Positions 8,940-19,303 of a stretch of 64,000 nt of DNA are shown here, piece after piece. The notes beneath the pieces were generated by a model that worked only from the letters and a program-made list of their open reading frames with translations, was not told where the DNA came from and did no database searches. The translations under genes and the position numbers were made by a program. How positions within the stretch are numbered: position 1 is the first letter of the stretch; every line of letters starts with the position of its first letter. This stretch comes from an uncultured Verrucomicrobiae bacterium (lineage in GTDB: Bacteria > Verrucomicrobiota > Verrucomicrobiia > Chthoniobacterales > Chthoniobacteraceae). The DNA is taken from assembly GCA_963836755.1 (NCBI GenBank), contig CAWIKF010000002.1, positions 1,344,001-1,408,000 on the forward strand, in the 5' to 3' direction.

Positions 8940-10361
8940 ATTTTCCACGTGATCCATTCATCGGCGGCAAATCGCGCGCGCCTCGCGAAGAGCGCCGGAT
9001 GGAGCTGGTCGACCCGGCGAACGGGGAACCGTTCGCGGAAGTTTTTGCCGCCGGCGCGGGCGAAATCGACGACGCCGTCAATGGCGCGCAAGCCGCTCTT
9101 CAAAACGGCTGGCGCGATCTTGCGCCCGGAAAGCGCACGGAAATTCTTTTCGCGGTCGCGTCAAAATTACGCGAGCACGCGGAGCAAATTGCGATGCTCG
9201 ATGTGCGAAATGTCGGCAAGCCGATCAGCGACGCGCGCGATGAAGCGGCTCTCGGCGCGCGCGTTTTTGAATACTACGCCGGAGCGATTTCCAAGTTTTT
9301 CGGCGAAACAATTCCAGTCGCGCGCGGCGGTTTCGATTTCACGCTGCGTCAGCCGATGGGCGTCGTCGCGGCGATCGTGCCGTGGAATTTCCCGTTTCCC
9401 ATCGCCTGCTGGAAAGTCGCGCCCGCGCTCGCGGCGGGAAATTGCGTGGTGCTGAAACCGGCGTCGCTTTCGCCGTTGAGCGCGCTGCGCCTCGGCGAGC
9501 TCGCGCATGAGGCGGGACTGCCCGCGGGTGTTTTGCAAGTGCTTCCGGGCAGCGGCGGCGCGATCGGCGACGCGCTGGTGACCCATCCGCTCGTGCGCAA
9601 AATTTCTTTCACCGGCTCGACGGAAATCGGCGCGCGGATCATGGCGCTCGCGGCGCGCGGCATCAAACGCGTCTCGCTCGAGCTCGGCGGCAAATCGCCG
9701 AACATCGTTTTCGCCGATGCCGATGTCGAAAAAGCCGCGCGCACTTCGCCGATGAGTGTGTTCGGAAATGCGGGGCAGGACTGCTGCGCGCGCAGCCGCG
9801 TCTTTGTCGAGCGCGCGGCGTTCGAGCAGTTCGTGGAAACTTTTACCGCGGCGACGCGCGCGCTCAAGGTCGGCGATCCGGCAAAAACCGAGACCGAGAT
9901 CGGGCCGCTCGTTTCGCGAGCGCAGCGCGAGTCGGTGGAAAATTTTCTCGCGACGGCAAAACAGTGCGAAATCATCGGCGGCGATCGCATCGGCGAACGC
10001 GGATTTTTTTTGCAGCCCGCGATCGTGCTCGGCTGCGAGCCGCACGATCAAATTTGGCGCGAGGAAATTTTTGGCCCGGTGGTTTGCATTCGCCCATTCG
10101 ACAATGAAGCGGCGATGCTGCGCGAAGTGAACGACTCGCCCTACGGACTCAGCGGCTCGATCTGGACGAGCGACCTCAAGCGCGCGCTGCGCGCTGGTGC
10201 GGCGGGTCGAGAGCGGCGTGCTGAGCGTGAACTCGCACGCGAGCGTGCACGTCGAGGCGCCGTTCGGCGGATTCAAGCAAAGCGGGCTCGGCCGCGACCT
10301 CGGCATGAACGCACTCGAGGGTTACACTGAGTTAAAGAATGTTTATATTTCCGAGGAATGA
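8936..10361 (+). pseudogene. aldehyde dehydrogenase with a +1 frameshift near 10190-10195 (real or assembly error)
   Basis: PWNFP, FTGSTEIG, LELGGKSP, GQDCCA, EEIFGPV; the C-terminus VESGVLSVN..PFGGFKQSGLGR..ELKNVYISEE* is in another frame and ends overlapping the next ATG. Confidence 0.85.
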
Positions 10362-11710
10362 CGGTGAAGCTCGAAGAACTGACGGCTCAAATTAAAAGCG
10401 GCGCGATCGACACGGTCATCGTCGCGTTTCCCGACGTGTTTGGGCGGCTCGCCGGCAAGCGTTTCACGGCCGATTTCTTTTTGAAAAGCGTGGCGGAGCA
10501 TGGGACGCACGGCTGCAATTATCTGCTCACGGTGAACATCGAGATGGAGCCGCTCGACGGATTCAAGCTGGCGAATTGGGATGCCGGTTTCGGCGATTTC
10601 GAATGGCGTCCGGATTTTTCCACGCTGCGTCCGGTGCCGTGGCTGCCGGCTTCCGCGCTGATTTTGTGCGGGCTGCATCATCACGACGGCCGCATCGTGG
10701 AGGAAGCGCCGCGCTCGGTTTTGCAAAAGCAGATCGAGCGGCTCGCGGCAAAAAGTTTGACCTGCAACGTCGCGAGCGAACTCGAATTTTTTCTTTTCAA
10801 CACGAGTTATCACGACGCATTCGTCGCCGATTACAAGGACCTCGCGGCGTCGAGCGATTACCGGATCGACTATCAGACGATGCAGCCGGCGCGCGACGAG
10901 GAAATGTTCCGGCGCGTGCGCAATCAAATGTGCGCGGCCGGCGTCGCGGTGGAATCGAGCAAAGGCGAGTGGGGACGCGGTCAGCACGAGATTAATTTCT
11001 CCTACGGCGAGGCGATGCCGATGGCTGACATGCACGTGGTGTTTAAACAAGGGTTGAAAGAAATTGTCGCGCAGGAAGGGCGCGCCGTTTCATTCATGCC
11101 CAAGGTTTCGATGACGGAGCCGGGGAACAGCTGCCATATCCACGCGAGCATCTGGCGCGATAGCGGGAATCTTTTTTGGGACGCGGAGCGCAAGGTCGGC
11201 TCCAGTTTTTTCCGGCAGTTTCTCGGCGGACTTCTGAAATATTCGCGCGAGCTTTGCTACTTTTTCGCGCCGACGATCAACGCCTACAAACGTTTCCAGG
11301 CCGCGAGCTGGGCGCCGACGAAGATCGCGTGGTCGACCGACAATCGGACGACAGGATTCCGCGTCGTCGGCCACGGAAGCTCATTGCGAATCGAGAATCG
11401 GATGCCCGGCGGCGATGCGAATCCGTATCTTGCTTTTGCCGCAACGATCGCGGCGGGGATGGCCGGCGTGGAGGAAAAGTTGGATTGCGGCGACTCGTAT
11501 GCGGGCAACGCTTACACCGATGCGAAGCTGCTCGCGCTGCCGCGGACTTTGCATGAAGCGGCCGATCTGCTCGCAGCGAGCGAGCTGGCGCGCACGGCGT
11601 TCGGCGACGCGGTCGTGGAGTTTTACCTCCACACGGCGCGACTGGAAATCGACGCCTTCGACAATGCCGTCACCGACTGGGAACGGCAGCGTTATTTTGA
11701 GCGAATTTGA
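10358..11710 (+). CDS. glutamine synthetase-like gamma-glutamylase (GlnA4-type)
   Basis: GRLAGKR, GCNYLLTVNIEM..WDAGFGDF, ELEFFLF, GQHEIN, CHIHASI, RIENRMPGGDANPYLA. Confidence 0.88.
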   Translation: MTVKLEELTAQIKSGAIDTVIVAFPDVFGRLAGKRFTADFFLKSVAEHGTHGCNYLLTVNIEMEPLDGFKLANWDAGFGDFEWRPDFSTLRPVPWLPASALILCGLHHHDGRIVEEAPRSVLQKQIERLAAKSLTCNVASELEFFLFNTSYHDAFVADYKDLAASSDYRIDYQTMQPARDEEMFRRVRNQMCAAGVAVESSKGEWGRGQHEINFSYGEAMPMADMHVVFKQGLKEIVAQEGRAVSFMPKVSMTEPGNSCHIHASIWRDSGNLFWDAERKVGSSFFRQFLGGLLKYSRELCYFFAPTINAYKRFQAASWAPTKIAWSTDNRTTGFRVVGHGSSLRIENRMPGGDANPYLAFAATIAAGMAGVEEKLDCGDSYAGNAYTDAKLLALPRTLHEAADLLAASELARTAFGDAVVEFYLHTARLEIDAFDNAVTDWERQRYFERI

Positions 11711-11806
11711 GCGGTTGTTGGCGCTCGACATTTTCGCGTTCCAGTGCAGTTTGCATCTCGGCTTTTCGTTGAAACTCATCGTCGGCCGCCGCCTCCGCCT
11801 TCGATC

Positions 11807-12715
11807 ATGAAAAATCTTCCTGCTTCCATTTTCATTTGGTTCGCGATGCTCGCGGGTGCGCGTGCGTGGGATTACACGGGGCACATGCTGGTGACGCAGA
11901 TCGCTTATGAAAATGTGTCGCCGAAGGTGCGCGAGCGCGTGGCCAAGCTGACGGCGATGCTCGAGAACAAATACAACGATCACAAGCCCTACAACTTCAT
12001 CACGGCCGGCGCGTGGATGGATGACATGCGCTCGCAGCCAAACAATCCATGGGGGCCGCTGCATTACGTTGATATTCCTTACACGGCGACGGGCACGCCT
12101 TTCGTCCCGCCGCCAGCGCCGAATCTCCTAACGGCGATTGCCGCAGACACGGCGACGTTGCAAAACAAAGCCGCTAGCGAAGCGCAAATCGCCGATGCGA
12201 CGGGCCAGCTTCTGCACTTTGTCGGCGACGTGCATCAGCCTTTGCATTGCGTGGATTGGAACGACAAAGGCGGCAACGGCTACTTCATCTATGGCGTAAC
12301 TTTTACCGACATCGGCAAAAGGTCGGTGCCAAACCTGCACACGTTTTGGGACAAGGCTTTTCGGTTCGATGCGGACAATGGCCACATCGTCGAGCTGTAT
12401 CACGCGCCGTTTACGAGTGATCGGCCCACTTCCGCAGCGAGCGGTATCGTGCATGACGAGGCGCTGAAGATCATTGCAAAATATCCGAAGTCATCGGTGG
12501 GACTTTTGAAAGAAAACGAACCGGTGGAATGGGCGCGCGAAAGTCATCTCATCGCGTGTCTTTTTTCCTATCCGGTGCGGCCTCATCCGACCGACGCGGA
12601 AGTGGTGACCTTGTCGCCGGACTACGCGCATCAAGCGCACGAAATCGCGTGCGAGCGAATCGCGCTCGCGGGGTATCGTCTCGCGGCGATGCTCGAAAGT
12701 TTTTTCGGCAAATAG
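11807..12715 (+). CDS. secreted S1/P1 nuclease
   Basis: Signal peptide then WDYTGH, WMDD, LHYVD, HFVGDVHQPLH, NLHTFWD. Confidence 0.92.
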   Translation: MKNLPASIFIWFAMLAGARAWDYTGHMLVTQIAYENVSPKVRERVAKLTAMLENKYNDHKPYNFITAGAWMDDMRSQPNNPWGPLHYVDIPYTATGTPFVPPPAPNLLTAIAADTATLQNKAASEAQIADATGQLLHFVGDVHQPLHCVDWNDKGGNGYFIYGVTFTDIGKRSVPNLHTFWDKAFRFDADNGHIVELYHAPFTSDRPTSAASGIVHDEALKIIAKYPKSSVGLLKENEPVEWARESHLIACLFSYPVRPHPTDAEVVTLSPDYAHQAHEIACERIALAGYRLAAMLESFFGK

Positions 12716-12817
12716 AGCATTGACGCGGTGTCGCGCGCGCGTCTTTTCGCGAGACGCGCTGACACTTTTGTTTTCGAAGAAGACACACGCGCGCCTCTTC
12801 TTCGCCTGATGCAGCGT

Positions 12818-12833
12818 TGGCACATTCGATGCT
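12818..12833 (+). promoter_or_regulatory. sigma54-type -24/-12 element
   Basis: TGGCACATTCGATGCT versus consensus TGGCAC-N5-TTGCW. Confidence 0.55.
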
Positions 12834-13009
12834 ATTTCATCAGTTGCGAGTTATGAAGAAAGCCCATAGATGCCTGCTCCACGCGCGCTGCATCGTCGCA
12901 AAGGCAGCCCAAGGGCGCGACTTCGGCTGGCATTGGCAGCACATCCTGCGCGAGGTCGGTCGCGGACAATACTCCATGCAACGCCACACCGGCAGCGCCT
13001 TTCAAGCAC

Positions 13010-13507
13010 ATGCTCTACCTGAATAACTCCGCCGAGCAGCACGACATGGAATTGCACCGATCCTTGTCGGCGGCGGACGGTTACTTGTTTCTCGGATTGC
13101 CGGAGCTCGCGCTGGAAGAGCTCGACGAAATCCGCGATGCGCATAGCGACGACTCGTCGGTCTTGCGCGCGCGCATCCGCGCTCTTTTGCACATGAAGCG
13201 CTGGCGCGATGCGAATCACCTATCGGAAAAAGGGAACGAGTTTTACCCCGACGAAAATGAATTTGTCGTGCAGCGCGCGTTTGCTTTGCACCAGATGAAA
13301 AAGGGCGGCGAGGCCGTGCAGGTTTTGTTGAGCGCGCCGGAATGGCTGCGCCGCACGGGAATTTTGCATTACAATCTCGCGTGCTACGAAGCACAGCTCG
13401 GCGACGTCAATACCGCGCGGCAGTGCATTCACGCTGCGATCGAGATCAACTCCGCGTTCAAGAAAAACGCGCGCACCGATCCCGACTTGCAGCGGCTCTG
13501 GAACTGA
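13010..13507 (+). CDS. tetratricopeptide repeat protein
   Basis: GYLFLGLPELALEEL; HYNLACYEAQLG..ARTDPDL terminal TPR pattern. Confidence 0.85.
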   Translation: MLYLNNSAEQHDMELHRSLSAADGYLFLGLPELALEELDEIRDAHSDDSSVLRARIRALLHMKRWRDANHLSEKGNEFYPDENEFVVQRAFALHQMKKGGEAVQVLLSAPEWLRRTGILHYNLACYEAQLGDVNTARQCIHAAIEINSAFKKNARTDPDLQRLWN

Positions 13508-13510
13508 CGG

Positions 13511-13894
13511 CTACGAAGCCTCGTCAATATTCTTCCGATGCGCGGCGACCATCTCGTCGTGCAGCGCTTCATCCATCCCGTTCTCCACGAGTTCGCTTGC
13601 GACATTTGCCTCATCTTGCGGACCGTAACTTTTCTTCTTGCTGCCCGCCATGCCCGGAACGTCGTCCCATTGCGTAACTTTCGCGGCGGCTGTGTTTGCA
13701 TCGGTCGCGGGCGTTTGGATGCCGAGCAATTCCGCACGGGCCTGTTCCAAATCGGTTTCGTTGTAATCGCTCGCGGCGCGTCCCGCGATCAGCGCCAATT
13801 CCTGAGCGCGTTTTTCGACATCGAGGGGCGATGGCACGCCGGCGCCGCGCGCGTGCTCGTTGATTTTTCCGGGAGCTTTGGATGATTCGTTCAT
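13511..13894 (-). CDS. acidic hypothetical protein
   Basis: ATG at 13894; VEKRAQELALIAGR..LVENGMDEALHDEM. Confidence 0.7.
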   Translation of the reverse strand: MNESSKAPGKINEHARGAGVPSPLDVEKRAQELALIAGRAASDYNETDLEQARAELLGIQTPATDANTAAAKVTQWDDVPGMAGSKKKSYGPQDEANVASELVENGMDEALHDEMVAAHRKNIDEAS

Positions 13895-14015
13895 ACAGAA
13901 AACAAATCGTGGTTCACTTCGCGCGTGTCCGTTTCTTTCGCGCCAGTTTTTGGTTTGCGGCAGTTGACGCTGCGGCGCGCCCCGCGTAATTTTCGGCGCA
14001 GTTTTCTTCAGCCCC

Positions 14016-14441
14016 ATGCAAAAAATCGGATTCGCGGAAGCTCTCGACGCCATTCTCACTCAAGACCCCCGCTACGATCGCGAGGCATACGGTTTCCTGC
14101 GCGACGCGCTTGATTTCACGATCAAGCAGCAGAAAAAAAATAAGGAGGAACCTTCGCGTCACGTGACGCCCGCGCAGTTGCTCGAAGGCGTGCGGCTCTT
14201 CGCGCTCAAGGAATTTGGACCAATGGTGACAACCGTTTTTGATTACTGGGGCGTGCGCAGTTGCAAGGACATTGGCGAGATTGTTTTCAATCTCATCAGC
14301 AGCGGCGTGTTCGGAAAAACCGAGAGCGATTCGATCGAGGAATTCAAAAACGGCTACAGTTTTCGCGAGGCTTTCATTGAACCTTTTCTGCCGGCGCCGG
14401 TCAAAACGCAGACCGATTTGTCCGCGCAGAAAACTCCATGA
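14016..14441 (+). CDS. PVC conserved protein, Minf_1886-like
   Basis: DPRYDREAYGFLRDALDFT, RHVTPAQLLEG, FGPM..WGVRSCKDIGEIVFNL. Confidence 0.8.
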   Translation: MQKIGFAEALDAILTQDPRYDREAYGFLRDALDFTIKQQKKNKEEPSRHVTPAQLLEGVRLFALKEFGPMVTTVFDYWGVRSCKDIGEIVFNLISSGVFGKTESDSIEEFKNGYSFREAFIEPFLPAPVKTQTDLSAQKTP

Positions 14442-17140
14442 AGTCCGCTTTCGCCTCGCTCCTTGTTTTATCTCTCATGCTGAGTCCCACCTTTGCCAAG
14501 ACTGGCAAAAACCTGGCTGAGTCGGCGTCCGGTTTGACGGTCACCATCGTCCCGCCGCCAAAGGAACACGCGCCGCCGCCTGAGATCAAAGTTCCGCCGG
14601 TGACGGCAAAAGTTTGGACGCTGCACGATGGGTTGACGGTGATCGTGCAGGAGGATCATTCCGCGCCCGTCGCCAGCGTGCAGGCATGGTGCGAGACCGG
14701 CAGCATCGATGAAGACAAGCATCTCGGCGCGGGCCTTTCGCACATCTTGGAGCACATGCTTTTCAAAGGAACGGCGACACGGACAACGAGCGAGTTCGCG
14801 CAAAAAATCCAGGATCAAGGCGGATACATCAACGCCTACACGTCGTATGACCGCACGGTTTTCTGGATCGACATTCCATCGAAAGGCGCGTCGGCCGCGG
14901 TCGATTTGCTGTCGGACGCGATGATGAATTCCACCCTGCCGCCGGCGGAATACACGAAGGAGCAGGAGGTCATCCGCCGCGAATTTGCGATGGGCTACGA
15001 CAATCCCGATCGGATGTCGGGGCTGAAGCTTTTCGAAACTGCGTATCGCGAGCATCCGTATCGCATCCCGGTCATCGGCCACATCGAAATTTACAACCAG
15101 CTCACGCGCGACGACGTGATGACTTATTACAAGGCGCGCTACGTGCCGAACAACATGTTCTTTGTCATCGTCGGCGACGTGGATGCGGAAAAAATCCACG
15201 AACAGCTCGAGACATTTTTCGCGAACTATCCGCGTAAAAGTTTGCCGCCGGTTTACATCCCGCAGGAGCCGCCGCAGATCGGGATGCGCGAATCAAACAC
15301 GGAATTCCCGACCGAGCTCACGCGCCTGAATCTCGCGTGGCACACGCCATCGATCACCGATCCCGACGTGCCCGCGCTCGATTTGCTGAGCACGATTCTC
15401 GGCGCCGGACGCAGCTCGCGTTTGAATCAAAAATTGCGCGAGCAACTCGGGCTCGTGCATTCGATTTCCGCCTATTCCTACACGCCCGGCGATCCCGGAT
15501 TGTTTGGCATCGAAGCGATTCTCGATCCCGACAAACGCGAAGCCGCGGTGAAGGCAGCGCTCGCGACGATCGACGAAGTGAAAGCGCAAGGCGTCTCCGG
15601 TGCCGAGCTCGAAAAGGCAAAACGCCAGACGCTCGACAGTCATCTCAACACGCTCACGACGATGCGCGGCAAAGCCTCGGATCTCGGCTCGAACTGGCTG
15701 CTCACCCGCAACCTGAATTTTTCCAACGAGTATCTCACCGCGATCCAGAAGGTCACGGTCGAGGACATTAAGCGCGTGCTCCACACCTACTTTGACGACA
15801 AAGATCTCAGCATCGTTTCGTTGAATCCCGAGGGCTCGCTCAAAACGACGAGCGAAAAAACGGCCGCGATTTCCGCGGGCGAAATCCAAAAATTCACGCT
15901 GCCGAATGGTCTGCGCCTGCTCGTCCGCGAAGATCCGCGATTGCCGCTCGTCTCGATGGTTGCTTGCTTCAAGGCCGGTTTGCTCGCTGAAACCAAAGCA
16001 GATAATGGCATCACGAAGCTGCTCTCGCGCGTGATTTTGAAAGGAACAAAAACGCGTTCGGCCGAGCAAATCGCGAACACGATCGAGAGCGTCGGCGGCG
16101 ACATCAGCAGCGACGCGGGCAACAATTCTTTCAGCGTCGCCGTCAAAGTCATGCAGCCGGACACGAAGCTCGGGCTCGAGATTTTGTCGGACGTCTTGCT
16201 GCACCCGACTTTTCCGCAGAACGAAATTGATCGCGAAAAAGAAGCGCAGCTCGCCGCGATCAAAGCCGAAGGCGAGGAAGTGACGACGGTCGCGCGCAAT
16301 CTTCTGCGCGAAAATCTTTTTCCCGATCATCCTTACGGTTTGCGCGGCTCTGGGACGCCGGAAAGCGTGAGCCAGCTCGACCAGAAAAAGCTCGTCGATT
16401 TTTACGAAAAATACGCGGTGGCGCAGAACGGCGTGCTCGCCATTTTCGGCGACGTGAAAGCTGCGGATGTGAAGGCGATGGTGGAAAAAAGTTTCGCTGA
16501 AATGCCCGCGGGAAAACCGGGTTTAACGGAAGCGCGGCCGGCGGAGCCGCTCACGCAGTCGAAGACCGTCGAGGCGCATGAACAGAAGGCTCAGGCGATT
16601 TTGATGGTCGGCTTTCGCGGCGTGGACATCTACAGCGAAGACCGCGAGGAGTTGAGCCTGATCGATGAAGCGTGCAGCGATCTCGGCTCGCGATTTTTCG
16701 TGCGCATCCGCGAAAAAATGGGGCTCGCGTATTTCGTCGGCACAAGCCAGGTGCCCGGTCTCGTGCCCGGCCCGTTCGTCTTCTATCTCGGCACTTCTCC
16801 CGCAAAAGTCGACAGCGTCGAGCCGGAGCTGCTCGATGAAATCAACAAGCTCGCGCACGACGGTTTGACCGCCGATGAATTGGCGCGCGCAAAGGAAAAA
16901 GTGATCGGACAGCAGGACATCCGCAATCAAAGCAACGACGCGTTTGCCTACAGCGCGGCACTTGATGAACTCTACGGGCTCGGCTTTGATTACTACAAAA
17001 TGCTGAAGCAGAAAGTAGCCGCGGTGACGCTTGACGATGTCAAACGTGTGGCAAACAAATACTTTCTCGACAAACCCGATGTGATCGCGATCGTCCGGCC
17101 CGCGCCGAAGCCGGTCGCGAGTCCGGCACCGGCAAAGTGA
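14438..17140 (+). CDS. M16 (insulinase/pitrilysin) zinc protease
   Basis: GLSHILEHMLFKGT HXXEH; second inactive M16 half; signal peptide. Confidence 0.95.
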   Translation: MKSAFASLLVLSLMLSPTFAKTGKNLAESASGLTVTIVPPPKEHAPPPEIKVPPVTAKVWTLHDGLTVIVQEDHSAPVASVQAWCETGSIDEDKHLGAGLSHILEHMLFKGTATRTTSEFAQKIQDQGGYINAYTSYDRTVFWIDIPSKGASAAVDLLSDAMMNSTLPPAEYTKEQEVIRREFAMGYDNPDRMSGLKLFETAYREHPYRIPVIGHIEIYNQLTRDDVMTYYKARYVPNNMFFVIVGDVDAEKIHEQLETFFANYPRKSLPPVYIPQEPPQIGMRESNTEFPTELTRLNLAWHTPSITDPDVPALDLLSTILGAGRSSRLNQKLREQLGLVHSISAYSYTPGDPGLFGIEAILDPDKREAAVKAALATIDEVKAQGVSGAELEKAKRQTLDSHLNTLTTMRGKASDLGSNWLLTRNLNFSNEYLTAIQKVTVEDIKRVLHTYFDDKDLSIVSLNPEGSLKTTSEKTAAISAGEIQKFTLPNGLRLLVREDPRLPLVSMVACFKAGLLAETKADNGITKLLSRVILKGTKTRSAEQIANTIESVGGDISSDAGNNSFSVAVKVMQPDTKLGLEILSDVLLHPTFPQNEIDREKEAQLAAIKAEGEEVTTVARNLLRENLFPDHPYGLRGSGTPESVSQLDQKKLVDFYEKYAVAQNGVLAIFGDVKAADVKAMVEKSFAEMPAGKPGLTEARPAEPLTQSKTVEAHEQKAQAILMVGFRGVDIYSEDREELSLIDEACSDLGSRFFVRIREKMGLAYFVGTSQVPGLVPGPFVFYLGTSPAKVDSVEPELLDEINKLAHDGLTADELARAKEKVIGQQDIRNQSNDAFAYSAALDELYGLGFDYYKMLKQKVAAVTLDDVKRVANKYFLDKPDVIAIVRPAPKPVASPAPAK

Positions 17141-17198
17141 GCCTGGCATTTTCGTAAGGCGACTTGCGCGGCGTGCGACGCAGACACTAGGTTCCGGC

Positions 17199-17633
17199 AT
17201 GGCAGAAGTTCAAAACACTGAGCAATCGGGCGAAACCGTCCAGCAGTTCATCGAGTTCGTGATGATGCAGGCGCAGCAGGCCGCGTTTTACCTTGGGCAA
17301 ATTCCCAATCCGCAAACTGGGCAGGCGGAGGTGCATCTCGATGCGGCGAAAATTTTCATCGATCAACTCACAATGATCCGCTCGAAAACGCGTGGGAACT
17401 TGACGAGCGAAGAGATGGGCGTGCTCAACAACGCGATTTCGAACTTGCAGATGGTCTTCGTGGAAACTTCGCAAGCAGGCAAGACTTCTGCGTCGGCTTC
17501 GGAAAAACTTGAGGAAAAATCTGCGGACGAAGCGCCGAAAATTGCGACGTCCGACGCGCCCGCGGCGGAAAAAAGTGCCGGCGAAGTCGAAGGCGAGTCG
17601 AAGAAAAAGTTTTCGAAAAGTTACGGCGCGTAA
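17199..17633 (+). CDS. DUF1844 domain protein
   Basis: LGQIPNP..AKIFIDQL..KTRGNLTSEE..L..LQMVFV. Confidence 0.85.
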   Translation: MAEVQNTEQSGETVQQFIEFVMMQAQQAAFYLGQIPNPQTGQAEVHLDAAKIFIDQLTMIRSKTRGNLTSEEMGVLNNAISNLQMVFVETSQAGKTSASASEKLEEKSADEAPKIATSDAPAAEKSAGEVEGESKKKFSKSYGA

Positions 17634-17636
17634 CTT

Positions 17637-19283
17637 TTATTCGCATTCGCAGACGAGGCGGAAGCCGACGTCATTTGCAAGATATTCCGGCACGTTCACG
17701 TTGCGCGTGCTCGCGCGCAGGCTCGTCGCGCGTGACTTCCAGCTTCCGCCGCGATACACGCGCCGACCGGTTTTCGCGATGCTGTGCGGGTTCGTCCGCT
17801 CGTGTCCTTTGTAGGGCTCGTAAAAATCGTGGCACCATTCCCAAACATTGCCGGCCATGTCCTCGATGCCGAAAGGGCTTGCGCCGCGCGGATAAGTTCC
17901 GACCGGCGCGGTTTCCGCATAGCCATCGTTGATCTCGACGTCGCGCCACGCGAACGTTGTGTTCGCATCCGCGAAATTTGCGAGCTCCCCGCAGTTCAAC
18001 TTTTCGCCCCACGGAAACGTGCGCCCTTCCATTCCGCGCGCCGCATATTCCCATTCGGCCTCGGTCGGCAGCCGATATTTTCGACGCTCGCGCGCACTCA
18101 GCCATGCGCAGAAATTCTGCGCATCGAGACTGCTGACATAAACCACCGGATGCGTCTCGTCGGCGCGCGGTGCACGTTTGGCGCGATGCGCTGGATCGAA
18201 AAATTCGTATTCGCGATTTGTGACCGTGAAGCGCGACATGTAAAAGCAGCTCACGTTTGTGCGAGCGGCGGGCTTCTCATTCGGCGGCGCATCCGGGTCA
18301 TCGCTGCCCATGATGAAAGTGCCGGACGGCACGAATAGCATTTCGCCGCCAAGCGCGTTTTTAAAATTCTGATGTTTTTGCCGCTCCTGGTCGCGGGCGA
18401 GGGGAGAAAAATGGATGGCACTCTCGACCGCGGGCGCAGCTACTTTTACAGCCTCGGTTTTCGGCGCAGCCGCGGGACGCGGGGGCGTCATCACACGCGC
18501 GGCCGGCGTGACCGGAGTCGGCGGCAGTCCGCTCACTTCATCGAGATATTGATCGATTAAATCTTCCGCCTGCCCGCCAGTGAGTCCGAGATTTTCGCCC
18601 ATGTTGCACAACGCATCGCGCTGGTCGTCAGTCAACTCGTCATCGCCGCCCAAGCCTGTCAAACGCAGCATCCGCGAGAATTCGGCAGCGGGATCGCTTG
18701 ACGCCGCGCCGGGTGCAATTTTCGGCGGCGCGCTGGCATTCGGATTGGCCGAAACAGGCTCTGCGATGGGCTGCGCGACAACTTTGACCCGCCTCTTCAC
18801 GCCACGTTTCTGCACCTCGGCTTCCACCATGATTTTCATCTCCTCGATGTTGAGGCCGGTGTTCGAGCCGAGGTTGTAGAGGTTTGTTTCGTCATCCTCC
18901 GCGAGCACTCCGCCCGCGAGCGCGAAGTCGAGAAATTTGTAAAATTCCGTCGCGGCATTTTCCTTCATCCGCGCGCGGATTTTTTCGTCGGCTTTCGCGC
19001 GGCTCGGCGGATGAAGCAGCAGCGTGCGCGCTTCGGCCAGATACTTCGGCGCTTCATCGAGACCGGATCGCAGCATCTGCGTCATCGGATTGCTTGGCTG
19101 ACTTTTCAGCGGCAATTTTTTTTGCCACCAAACAAGCAGCTGCCGGCAGTTATCCTCGATCTTCTGGTTGCTCGGATTGGTGTCAAAGGAAAGACAGAGC
19201 CGCTCGTAAAGATCCTCGGAGGAATAAGCCTTCCAGCCGGTCCATTTCGTCGGATTGTCCGGGAGAGGGTCGGGCAGCGACAT
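17637..19283 (-). CDS. multidomain protein: J-like N-terminus, two helical repeats, C-terminal FGE-sulfatase (SUMF1-like) domain
   Basis: FIMGS, RLPTEAEWEYAARG, DMAGNVWEW, RGGSW, GFRL; N-terminal DLYERL and LAEARTLLLHPPSRAKAD. Confidence 0.85.
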   Translation of the reverse strand: MSLPDPLPDNPTKWTGWKAYSSEDLYERLCLSFDTNPSNQKIEDNCRQLLVWWQKKLPLKSQPSNPMTQMLRSGLDEAPKYLAEARTLLLHPPSRAKADEKIRARMKENAATEFYKFLDFALAGGVLAEDDETNLYNLGSNTGLNIEEMKIMVEAEVQKRGVKRRVKVVAQPIAEPVSANPNASAPPKIAPGAASSDPAAEFSRMLRLTGLGGDDELTDDQRDALCNMGENLGLTGGQAEDLIDQYLDEVSGLPPTPVTPAARVMTPPRPAAAPKTEAVKVAAPAVESAIHFSPLARDQERQKHQNFKNALGGEMLFVPSGTFIMGSDDPDAPPNEKPAARTNVSCFYMSRFTVTNREYEFFDPAHRAKRAPRADETHPVVYVSSLDAQNFCAWLSARERRKYRLPTEAEWEYAARGMEGRTFPWGEKLNCGELANFADANTTFAWRDVEINDGYAETAPVGTYPRGASPFGIEDMAGNVWEWCHDFYEPYKGHERTNPHSIAKTGRRVYRGGSWKSRATSLRASTRNVNVPEYLANDVGFRLVCECE

Positions 19284-19303
19284 TGCGTTCCGTTAACGCT
19301 GCG

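Noticed and set aside
17637..17780. FGE-fold C-terminus as a diversity-generating retroelement variable region
   Set aside because: No template repeat or reverse transcriptase seen in the window
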